DNA from: Candidatus Poribacteria bacterium | Lineage (GTDB): Bacteria > Poribacteria > WGA-4E > UBA9662 | NCBI GenBank assembly: GCA_046582655.1 | Contig: JAYGDX010000007.1 | Location: forward strand, 1 to 63,187 | Length of the DNA: 63,187 nt | Direction of reading: 5' to 3' | In this document: piece after piece, positions 42,110-51,474 of the stretch | How the letters are laid out: the number at the start of each line of letters is the position of its first letter | Numbering within the stretch: the first letter of the stretch is position 1 | Position numbers and translations under genes: made by a program | The notes under the pieces: model-generated | What the model was told of the DNA's origin: nothing | What the model saw: the letters and a program-made list of their open reading frames with translations, nothing else | The model's database searches: none

Positions 42110-43411
42110 GTGATATCTAGAAACCGATCTGTTGGCGGTGTTCCGAAGTTCATGTTGGGCAATATTATTGTCTTTTCTGTCACTGGACTGTTAGGCAACT
42201 TTGCTCGTTCGATGGTTTTTCCTTATGCGTCTCTGTATATAATGGCTCTTGATGGAGATGCTAAAACCATCGGGTTAGTGAACTTTCTCAGACCACTTTC
42301 AGGTTTGATTTTGTTTCCTATTGCTGGCTACCTTGCTGACAGAAAAAGCCGAATTAAAATGATTGTATTGAGCAACTACCTCTCTGTAGCCTTTATCCTA
42401 ATGTATGTTCTAGCCCCGAGATGGGAAGTAGTCGCTTTTGCAGCCTTACTGCAAGGTACGGCGGTTGTGGGATTTCCGCCTCGTTCTGCCCTTATTGCTG
42501 ACTCGCTGTCTCCTGAAGATCGTGGTCGAGGCATTGCAACAATGAGCACCATTTCGAGCATCTTGTCTGTTTTTGCCCCCTATTTAGCGGGTGTTATGGT
42601 TGACATCTATGGTCCAAATACCGGCGTTCGAATGCTTTATGGTGTGATGATGTTTCTGTACTTTAGTGCCGCACTCATACATTTTCGTTTTCTCAAAGAG
42701 ACAGTGTCAGATACTGGTGAGAGGATTACAGTTTATTCTCTCGCCAGTATACTGAGGACTGCATATAGTGACATGCCTACGCTGTTGAAGCAATTACCTC
42801 GTTCTGCCAAAGCGCTAGCTGGTGTCATTGTCTTGAGTTTTATGGCCAATGGTGTAGCGTCTCCTTTCTGGGTGGTCTATGCTACTGAGCGGATTGGTCT
42901 TTCCCCATCAAGATGGGGGTTAATTCTACTTTGCGAGGCAGCACTGAGAATTATAATGTTTATTCCAGGTGGATATTTGGTAGATCATTGGGGACGAACA
43001 GCCTCACTATTTTCGGCTTTGTTGCTTTCACTAGCATCAATTTTGCTGTTTGTTTTCACAAGCAATTTTACAGGAGTTCTCTGCGTACGGTTTATCATTG
43101 GTATAGCATCCGCTATTTCTATTCCATCTTCTACGGCGCTGATGGCAGACATGATTCCAAGGAAAATACGGGCACAGGTCATGTCAGTACTAGGACAAGG
43201 TGGATTCATGATTGGTGCTGCCGGCGGGGGGACTGGTGGGCCTGGAGTTGGCGTACTGGTCACGATTCCGCTGATGATGGCTTCTTTGGCAGGTGGTTAT
43301 CTCTATGCTCAAAACCCAGTCTATCCGTGGGTCTTTGTTCTCATTGTTACAACAGTTTCGATCGTTCTGACAGCTCTGTTCATACGTGACATGAAAAGAG
43401 CAGAGATTTAA
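42110..43411 (+). CDS. MFS transporter
   Basis: About 12 TM segments; GYLADRKSR and GYLVDHWGR motif A. Confidence 0.9.
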   Translation: MISRNRSVGGVPKFMLGNIIVFSVTGLLGNFARSMVFPYASLYIMALDGDAKTIGLVNFLRPLSGLILFPIAGYLADRKSRIKMIVLSNYLSVAFILMYVLAPRWEVVAFAALLQGTAVVGFPPRSALIADSLSPEDRGRGIATMSTISSILSVFAPYLAGVMVDIYGPNTGVRMLYGVMMFLYFSAALIHFRFLKETVSDTGERITVYSLASILRTAYSDMPTLLKQLPRSAKALAGVIVLSFMANGVASPFWVVYATERIGLSPSRWGLILLCEAALRIIMFIPGGYLVDHWGRTASLFSALLLSLASILLFVFTSNFTGVLCVRFIIGIASAISIPSSTALMADMIPRKIRAQVMSVLGQGGFMIGAAGGGTGGPGVGVLVTIPLMMASLAGGYLYAQNPVYPWVFVLIVTTVSIVLTALFIRDMKRAEI

Positions 43412-44133
43412 AGATGATCCTTTAAAGGTGAAACCCTATCTACATCAACCCCATGCTGGAATGTGTGATTTGTTTTCTTAGGTGATTCATTCTCCATGCT
43501 TTTTTGCGGCGGGCGTGGTAGAATCAAATTTGAGTTTATGTTTTTTAAAATAAGGAGAAAACGCGAACAAAATCTAAGGAAATTCAAAAGAGGAATAATA
43601 AAAAAAACGATAATAAGCCGAATTTCTATTTTCAAACTTCCCAAAAATTGGGTGTTTACATTGAACGGCGGGCTGCGAAGTGGGGCTGAAGGTGAACGGC
43701 TACTCGAATGAGCTAATTGGGTAGGATTACGAAGGATTTATCCGAAAAATCCTACCTTATATAATATAGAAAAAGCGCACTAGAAAATCAGTAGCTGATC
43801 TGTTCGGCACAATTTAGTTGGTTGGCCAATTGATGGTTGATTTCCTAGCGCCTTCAATGTTTGTTTGAAGGTCTAATGTTTACATCTGTTAGCCGTTTGA
43901 AGTTCGCTTTGCTTCGTAGACTAATTTTTTTATATCTCATTATTCCATTATAGTAGATCTCTCACTTTTGCAAGAGGTCTAAAAGTTGAAATTATTATAA
44001 AGTATAGACAAGAGCCTAATTTTTTGCTACGATGCTGACTTAAGGGTTAAAACCCTACTGACCAATGAATGAGCTTTAAGATGTTGAATATGAAATTTAT
44101 GCTGATTTGGTCACTAAAAGACCTTTAATTAAA

Positions 44134-45393
44134 ATGAACATCTCCGAACTGCACACCAAAGCCGCCCGCCTAGAACGAGAGCTACAGGAGACCCGCGATC
44201 TCCTCACGCAAGCAAACCACGACGTGGAGGCCATCACCGCCGATCTCGCCCGTACCCGGGCTTACGCGTTCAACGCCGCGACGATTTCGGTCGAGGACGT
44301 GGTAGAGGATGGTGCCAATTCTCTCAGCAGATACGGGTTCTGCGTCATCGACAACGTAATACCAACCAGCCAAGTGGATTCCATCTGCAAGGAAGTTTTG
44401 GCGGCGCAGTCCGCTATTGCCAAGAACATGCAGGGCGTAAGGGACTTGCTTGGTTCAGAGGGGCGGAACGGATGGGAATTACTCAAAAACCAGACAGCAA
44501 CAAACAAAGTGGAGTTAAGGCCGGTACGCCGGGCCGGGTACCCTCCGAAACCCCCCAACGACATTGTGTGGATGCCACAGTATGCTCAGCATTTGGCAAA
44601 TCCAGTTGTTACTGCCGTGGCACGCCGCGTTCTGGACGACCACCTCCGGATTGCGCAGCTGCATCCCCGTATCATTGCGACTGACAAGCCGGACGGAACC
44701 CTAGGTGGTTTTGGTGCGGTCGAGCACCGGGGTCGTGCGGACACCCGTGAGTGGCATACAGATTGGCCCCACGACCTGTCCGCGTACGGAAGAGACAATC
44801 CTGATGAAAACGTCGGTTGCATCCGCCAGCCTTTCCCCGATATAACCATGTGTCTGGTGATGATCTGGTATCTCACCGATGTGGATGAAAACTCGGGTGG
44901 CACGTGGGTCGTTCCCGGATCACACAAGGATAAACGGAATCCACGAGGGCCGTCCGATGGTATCACTGTCACAGCGCCCATCCCTGGAGACATGCAAGTA
45001 ACCGCGCAGGCGGGGTCTGTCTATATCCAAGACTCACGAAGCTGGCATGCGTCCGCCATGCACAATCCCAGTGGTCGGGAGAGGGTAGCCGTAGTGAACC
45101 GATGGTGTCCTTGGTGGTTGTCTGTCGATGACTACGCACCAGGCGGTATACACAACACCGTATGCCGGCCGCTGGCCCACTCGGAGTATCTTGCATTGCC
45201 CGCTGACTTGCAGTTATTGATGAGACATCTCTGCCCCGATGAGCAGGACACGCTGCAACAGCCTGTACTCGATCGTGCCGGAGCTGCTGCCTTACGAACA
45301 CGATGGGGATTTCGCCAACTAAAGGAAAATCCAGACGGCCTGGCACAGGCAAACGCCCACGTCCGCGTACCGCTAGGTCCGTCAAAAAATTGA
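44134..45393 (+). CDS. PhyH family dioxygenase with N-terminal coiled-coil extension
   Basis: YGFCVIDNVI, WHTDWPH, GGTWVVPGSH, SWHAS. Confidence 0.85.
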   Translation: MNISELHTKAARLERELQETRDLLTQANHDVEAITADLARTRAYAFNAATISVEDVVEDGANSLSRYGFCVIDNVIPTSQVDSICKEVLAAQSAIAKNMQGVRDLLGSEGRNGWELLKNQTATNKVELRPVRRAGYPPKPPNDIVWMPQYAQHLANPVVTAVARRVLDDHLRIAQLHPRIIATDKPDGTLGGFGAVEHRGRADTREWHTDWPHDLSAYGRDNPDENVGCIRQPFPDITMCLVMIWYLTDVDENSGGTWVVPGSHKDKRNPRGPSDGITVTAPIPGDMQVTAQAGSVYIQDSRSWHASAMHNPSGRERVAVVNRWCPWWLSVDDYAPGGIHNTVCRPLAHSEYLALPADLQLLMRHLCPDEQDTLQQPVLDRAGAAALRTRWGFRQLKENPDGLAQANAHVRVPLGPSKN

Positions 45394-45542
45394 ACGTCAT
45401 CGAGCAAAAGGGAGCCTCTTCGGAGCGGAGACTTTCGTGGTGGCGATCATCTTGGCTATTGGCTTTTCGGTTTGGTTCTACTATTTTAGGTTAAGATTTC
45501 CATACTGTTTTTTCTTTATCAGCTATCCGAAGGTAAGAGAAC

Positions 45543-46307
45543 CTACAGTCCTAACACGCAGCGAAAGCCAAGGTGGAGGTACCTAACATCCGGAGGGATG
45601 TCGTAGCGGTAAGCAACACGCAGGAAATAAGCATCGAGGTACCAAGACCCCCCGCGCAACACTCGAAATTTTTTGTCGTTGCTAAACCAACCCTGGCACC
45701 ATTCGAAAACGTTGCCTGCCATATCATATAACCCGTAACCATTAGGCTTAAAACTACCTACAGTCGCAGTGGACTGATCCCATTTATCCTTGCCGTCAGT
45801 TCCTTTGTAATTAGCATAGTCTCTGGCAATACTTTCATCATCACCCCAAGCTTTATCACCCCACGAATACACCTTGCCAACCAAGCCACCTCTTGCCGCA
45901 TATTCCCATTCTGCTTCAGTTGGTAGTCGTTTCCCCGCCCATTCAGTGTATGCGATGGTATCAGACCAAGTGACATAAATCATTGGGTGTTTGTTTGTCG
46001 GCGAGTATTGATAAATCTTTTTCCAATTGATAGGCATGTCAGGTTTATAGCCAGACAAGTTTAGAAACTTCTTGAACTGACCCACCGTCACTTCGGTCGT
46101 ATCCATCCAAAAAGGTTTCACCTGATCCGAACTTGCAGGAATCAAAACCATCTTGGCTCCATCTTTCTTCCAAGTAATCTTCTTTGCCTTGACCCCCTTC
46201 AGTTCCTTAGTACTTCCAACCACCACTCCTTTAGTATCTTCAGCGCACACCACCCCTACCAAGACAACCATCACCACCAACAACACGATAACTGATCTTT
46301 GAACCAT
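45543..46307 (-). CDS. FGE-sulfatase/SUMF1 (C-type lectin fold) exported protein
   Basis: GAGGTG RBS and signal peptide; EVTVGQF, RLPTEAEWEYAARGG, NGYGLYDMAGNV.EW, RGGSW...GFRC. Confidence 0.92.
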   Translation of the reverse strand: MVQRSVIVLLVVMVVLVGVVCAEDTKGVVVGSTKELKGVKAKKITWKKDGAKMVLIPASSDQVKPFWMDTTEVTVGQFKKFLNLSGYKPDMPINWKKIYQYSPTNKHPMIYVTWSDTIAYTEWAGKRLPTEAEWEYAARGGLVGKVYSWGDKAWGDDESIARDYANYKGTDGKDKWDQSTATVGSFKPNGYGLYDMAGNVFEWCQGWFSNDKKFRVLRGGSWYLDAYFLRVAYRYDIPPDVRYLHLGFRCVLGL

Positions 46308-46533
46308 GATATTCACCTCAATAATTAATTTATTGCTTCAGCATACGAGAAATTTCACCAGTCCCATATGGGCTACCTTTAGCGTTACAGTGACCTCTTT
46401 CATATAGCATGTCCGCAATTTCCTGTAAACTTCTTCTTTTATTTGTCTTCTAATTCGCTCTGCCTATGTTGACGATACTCTTGTTGGTCCGACTACTTTG
46501 TAGCCTTAGGACGATCTTTTGTAACAAATGTAC

Positions 46534-46788
46534 TTACCCTAGCCGTGACATCACAGCTGATACCTGCCGGGTAATAAATTTTAAGATATAAGAGTTGGAG
46601 TTACTATGAGCAACTTTAAGATTTTCGACCTTATATCCAACGGGGATAGCTCCAACCACAATACTGGTCTGATATGGGAAACCTTCAGCTAAAGCCCATA
46701 ACATTCCTTCAATCCTGGCCATGTCAAGTTCCCTTGCTTCAGGATAGGCATAAATCAAGAGTAACACAGCAATATATTGGCGTGGCAT
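46534..46788 (-). CDS. Small hypothetical protein or gene remnant
   Basis: AAAGGA RBS before MPRQYIAV; no recognisable domain. Confidence 0.35.
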   Translation of the reverse strand: MPRQYIAVLLLIYAYPEARELDMARIEGMLWALAEGFPYQTSIVVGAIPVGYKVENLKVAHSNSNSYILKFITRQVSAVMSRLG

Positions 46789-46868
46789 TTTGATATCCTT
46801 TCTAATCAACTAATATGTCTAATAGCGTATCAGCGTTTTAAGGCGATAGAGTCAGCCAGTTGGATGGT

Positions 46869-46937
46869 GCATTCTGTCACGATTGCCGTATCAGGGTAAA
46901 GAGGTCGGTTCGCTAACAGTACTTGGTATTGACAAAT
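46869..46937. repeat. Dispersed ~69-bp imperfect repeat, copy 2
   Basis: GCATTCTGTCACGATTGCCGTATCAGGGTAAAGAGGTCGGTTCG... Confidence 0.8.
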
Positions 46938-47303
46938 CATGCAGGCCACAATGACGACAGCCAATTCGTCTGGTGACCACCCTGTTTATCTCAGGCTGTA
47001 CCCCCCCTTCTGGATGGTGGGGTGTAATGTTATGTCACACTGTTTTGGCATCTGTTCTTTTCCGCTTGGAAATTATCCGACACTGTATGTACCACCGTGG
47101 CTGATGTATTGTTTTTCGCGTATCCTTCCAGCTTCTGACATTCATCACCAACTTGAAATGCGATGACACGGATTTTCTTGTTCTGCAACACTTAATATCT
47201 TTCAGTTGTGTGCCTGATCATTAATAGAAAAACAACTTTTTGACAATGCTGATCGTGGTGGACTTCGGTTTGGCAGGAGTCAACGCTCCTCCAATGACTT
47301 GAC

Positions 47304-48540
47304 TCATTCTTCGGCGGATAGCCTTTGGTTGGGCCAACCGTCACAGCGTACGCGAATGATGCGACCAGGACGGTAACCTTTCAGCAATTCAGTAAACTTC
47401 AGGCGGAGTTGGTGACCGCTACTGCCCGGCGGTGGATTCTCGATCTCTTTCCATTCGATAACCTGGCCGCTCTTCTTGTCATTGTTGTGCCACCAGGTGC
47501 GCAGGGTTTTCTCAGCAACGGCGATGTCGAAGTCCTTCTCCTTCTTTGCCTGCCTTGAACTCTTCGTAAAGCGACGGGTCCATCCCACCAAACAGCGTGA
47601 TGGTGACGATGCCACCGCCGAAGTCTTCATGCTCGACCTGATCGACCCAGCCAGCAAGCCAGTGGTAGCGCTGGTAGCGGATGTGGCGGCGGCGCTGAAG
47701 CTCGTTGGAGATCTCTCTGCTTTCCTCGTTGATCCAAATGTCCGAAATGCAATATTCCCTATCACGCCAACCTGGAGTCCAGGTGAGGTCCAGCTGAACG
47801 ATTTGTTTCGGAGCAATGTCCTGCAACTCAACAGGCTTACGCCTTTTCCAGACTCGTGTGGACTGATCAATTTCGAACGTATACTTACCGCTGATGCCGT
47901 CCTTTGCCGCCTGTCCGGTTGAGACGACGTGAAGTTTTCCTCGCTGAGTGGCGTCCCCAGGCGTCACGACGCCAAGAGCTTCGTCAATGGTCCAGCGGGA
48001 GATGTCAATGGACACAATTTCCCACATTTGTCCACGACGCTGGTAGAAGCTAAAGTCGTCTTCCAGTGAGATGGCGTAATTGTATTTAGGAACGTATCTC
48101 AACTCGCTAGTAGCAGAACCATACGGCCGTGGAGGCGGGATCGTCTCTTCCTCTCCAACTGACGGCAAATAAAGGTAGCCATGTAGGTGCGTGCCGATGG
48201 GAATGTCTCGCAGCTCCGCGGGGGCACCATGATACCAGATCATCCCGTAGGGAAGCATGACAAACTGATGGATTGGCCCCACATGGTAGAGACCGCCACA
48301 CCCACCACCATCCAGGCGCAGGCCACCTCGGCGATTGATCGGATCCACCATCACAAGTTCTCCCGCAATGTAGGTTCCCGTGTTCGGTGGCGGAAACTCG
48401 TCAAGCTTGGGAATGTAGTCCTTCTTGTTCTCCGCAGGCAACGAAGTCGATAATGCGAACAAAAGGACAAAGCTGAGAAAATGCTGATAGACGCTAATCA
48501 CAGAAAAAGCTTGGAGAGAGTGAACATGACGGAATAACAA
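47304..48540 (-). pseudogene. Exported hypothetical protein, paralogue of 48611..49984, frameshifted near 47550
   Basis: Shares DYIPKL.EFPPPNTGTYIAGELV.VDPINRRGGLRLDG; the C-terminus AEKTLRTWW...PPPGSSG.QL...GRI.RV lies in the 47304 frame. Confidence 0.8.
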
Positions 48541-48610
48541 GATGTTAAGGCAGAGTATTTCATGCCCTTTAGGAGTTTCCGATTCGTTTCCGTATTTTGC
48601 CGTGCAGACA

Positions 48611-49984
48611 CTACCGAACTCGCTCTTCCGGAGGTAGCTTCACGCGAGGCCAATGAGTTCTATCGACACGAACAATCCTTCCACGACGAAAACCTTCCAA
48701 CAATTCGTCAATCTGGATATGAAGCTGGATGCCACTGCTTCCAGGAGGAGGACTCTCAATCTTTTTGATACCGACGATCGAGCCTTCTTTATTATCGTGA
48801 TCTCTCCAGTAAGTGCGAAGCGTCTCTTCAGCGGCGCAAAGTGTAACCAACGACCCAGCCTGGAAATCGTCGTAGAGTGTATTGTCCATTCCGCTGAACA
48901 GTGTAATGGTGACGATACCCTTGCCCCGTCCTTGGTGCTTGACCTGCTCAACCACCGCCGCCAGACCTCGATGGAGTTGATAACGATGGTGAACGCGGAT
49001 CTGGTGTTTGGTGGCTAGCTTTCGGCTCTCCTCATCAAACCAGATATCAGCAACGTGGAATCGCTGATTCTTCCATTCAGGTGCCCACGTAAGACCTACC
49101 TGTACAACCTGAGCTTCCAGCACAACGGACCTGACGTTGTCCTTCATAGTCCATGTATTTTCCGGAGCTATATCTTCCCATTCAATGACGCCATTTCCTT
49201 CCCAAATACGTGTGAAGCGGTCGACTTCGAATGTCTGCTCATTCTTCAATCCGTCGTTGACCACTTGGCCGATGGGAACCACCTTTAGTTTGCCCTCCAC
49301 TGGTGTCTTTTGCCAATCGCCATTCTGATTGAGTACAGGAAAATGCTTGCTCGATGAGTCGTAACGCAGCTCAACTGACAGGATCTTCCACGCTTGGCCA
49401 CTCCGCTGGTAGAAGCTGAAGTCGTCTTCCAATAGGATGACATGGTTATGTTTAGGAACGTACTGCGGAGGCCCCTTTGGAGGAGAAATCGTCTTGTCAC
49501 CTTCTGGAGGCAGATAAAAACGGCCGTGCAGATGCGTGCCAATGGGTATGTCCCGAAGTTCCGCCGGGGCTCCATGATACCAGATCATCCCATAGGGAAG
49601 CATGGCAAATTGGTGAACGGAAGCCTTGTCATACCTATCGTCGTTGAAATCACCATCCAGACGTAGGCCACCTCGGCGATTGATCGGATCCACCGTCACA
49701 AGTTCTCCTGCGATGTAGGTTCCTGTATTTGGTGGTGGAAACTCGTTAAGCTTAGGAATGTAGTCCTGCTTGTTCTCTGCAGAAAACGAAGTCGCTAATG
49801 TAAACAAAAGCACAAGGCTGAGGAAATGCTGGCAGAAGCTAATCGCAGTAGAAATTTGGAAAGGATGTACTACTCCTCGCTCCGGAGTTTGCGCATAGAA
49901 TAACCTACAGTCCAAGCTACACTTCAAAACTCTACTGATAGCCCCCAACGCTTTGAACACCATAGACTTCAAAGGCAACTCCAT
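48611..49984 (-). CDS. Exported hypothetical protein associated with the DUF1592/DUF1552 cluster (true start probably further downstream)
   Basis: Signal-like FLSLVLLFTLATSFSA; paralogous to the adjacent gene; co-oriented with DUF1552. Confidence 0.75.
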   Translation of the reverse strand: MELPLKSMVFKALGAISRVLKCSLDCRLFYAQTPERGVVHPFQISTAISFCQHFLSLVLLFTLATSFSAENKQDYIPKLNEFPPPNTGTYIAGELVTVDPINRRGGLRLDGDFNDDRYDKASVHQFAMLPYGMIWYHGAPAELRDIPIGTHLHGRFYLPPEGDKTISPPKGPPQYVPKHNHVILLEDDFSFYQRSGQAWKILSVELRYDSSSKHFPVLNQNGDWQKTPVEGKLKVVPIGQVVNDGLKNEQTFEVDRFTRIWEGNGVIEWEDIAPENTWTMKDNVRSVVLEAQVVQVGLTWAPEWKNQRFHVADIWFDEESRKLATKHQIRVHHRYQLHRGLAAVVEQVKHQGRGKGIVTITLFSGMDNTLYDDFQAGSLVTLCAAEETLRTYWRDHDNKEGSIVGIKKIESPPPGSSGIQLHIQIDELLEGFRRGRIVRVDRTHWPRVKLPPEERVR

Positions 49985-50076
49985 GAGAGAATACCTCTCT
50001 TCTATCTTCTATGAAAAGCTAGTCCTGTTACGATATTTCACTTCTGTATTCATGCTTATCCATGGTTCTTTCTTCC

Positions 50077-51447
50077 TTAAGCTAGTAATTCCGAAATGAT
50101 CCCGTTACTGTCGGCGAATTTGTCGGTCTCCACTCCCATCCTCTGCGCTGTGGTAAGAAGCAAATTGCTCAGGTGAGCCTGTCGATTCACCGGGTTGTGA
50201 CAGATATTATAGTGATTACCGGGATTAGCCAAGTCGTAACCGGAGAATGTCGTTGCCTTATTGAAGTCAATATGCTGACCATGCTTCAAACCTAGCTTAG
50301 AACCGCCAGCTAAGACGATCGGCAGATTGGCGTTACCGTGGCTGTGGCCGAACGCCATGCCGCTACCGTAGAGTGCCATCGTTGTGTCCAGCAGTGGTGT
50401 ACCATTGGCACCCTGTACTTCGTTGAGCCGATCGAGAAAATAGCTGAATTGTTTGATATTAAACGTGTCACTCACGGTTAGGTTCTTCATCAACTCGGCA
50501 TTGCCATTGTGATGCGACAATGAATGTCGGTCCTGCTTAAGGCCTATTTCGGGGATCGGTAGACCTTGGCCTTCCTCTCCAGTACTGAAGGTTGCAACAC
50601 GAGTCATGTCCGTTTGGAAAGCCAGCACAATCAGATCATACATGGTACGAAAATACTCACCTACCATTTGCTGAGAGACATCCCGGTTCAAACGCGACTT
50701 GTCTTCGTCAGCGATCTTTGGTCGTGGTATATCAAGCCACTCGTCAGCACGTTCAGTACGTATCTCCACCTCGCGGACAGAGGTGAGATACTGATCCAAC
50801 CGACCACGGTCATCTTTACCAAGCTGGTTAACTAATGCCTTGGCTTCATGGAGAATAGCATCAAGTATACTGCCCCGGCGATGGAGACCACGCCGCTGTT
50901 TCGCAATTCCTTCTTTGGGTTCCTCAAAAAAGTCTCGGAACACGACACCCGGATTGGACTGTGCAGGCAACTGGATCCCATCAGGATTCCACGAAAGTGA
51001 TCCCCCTTTGTTACTCAGCTCCATGGAAGCGAAACGCGTATGCGGTGCGGTAACCTGCGCCATCAACTGATCGACCGAGATGCTGTTCCTATCCACCTGC
51101 CCCAACTTCCCACCAGTAAGCCAAATCTTACGACAGTTGTGATGATGGCCGAGGCCATTGGGGTGATAGAGCCCACTGATTGGCGTGATGTTCATGCGAT
51201 GTTTCTCTAGCGGGCGGAGCGATTCCGTGAACTTATAACCCACCCCTTCTTCGGTGATCTGATAATCCAGCGTGTTTACACCATTGGGCAGATAGATGAA
51301 GGCGCTACGTCTTGGTTTCGGCCCCTGCTTAGCCGCAATTGCGCGTAGCGGCCGCATGCAATCAAGTAACGGCAAGGCAATCGAGACGCCAAGGCCGCGA
51401 AGGACCTGACGGCGGTTAATAAGCCAATTTTGACGAATGAGCTCCAT
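50077..51447 (-). CDS. DUF1552 (HXXSHH) family protein
   Basis: Tat-like [50 protein letters not shown]. Confidence 0.9.
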   Translation of the reverse strand: MELIRQNWLINRRQVLRGLGVSIALPLLDCMRPLRAIAAKQGPKPRRSAFIYLPNGVNTLDYQITEEGVGYKFTESLRPLEKHRMNITPISGLYHPNGLGHHHNCRKIWLTGGKLGQVDRNSISVDQLMAQVTAPHTRFASMELSNKGGSLSWNPDGIQLPAQSNPGVVFRDFFEEPKEGIAKQRRGLHRRGSILDAILHEAKALVNQLGKDDRGRLDQYLTSVREVEIRTERADEWLDIPRPKIADEDKSRLNRDVSQQMVGEYFRTMYDLIVLAFQTDMTRVATFSTGEEGQGLPIPEIGLKQDRHSLSHHNGNAELMKNLTVSDTFNIKQFSYFLDRLNEVQGANGTPLLDTTMALYGSGMAFGHSHGNANLPIVLAGGSKLGLKHGQHIDFNKATTFSGYDLANPGNHYNICHNPVNRQAHLSNLLLTTAQRMGVETDKFADSNGIISELLA

Positions 51448-51474
51448 GATAGATAGGCTCCTTATATTTTGAGG

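Noticed and set aside
43660..43850. Hairpins GGTAGGATT/AATCCTACC and CTAGAAAATCA/TGATTTCCTAG as an ncRNA
   Set aside because: No recognisable family, second copy or clear promoter/terminator context.
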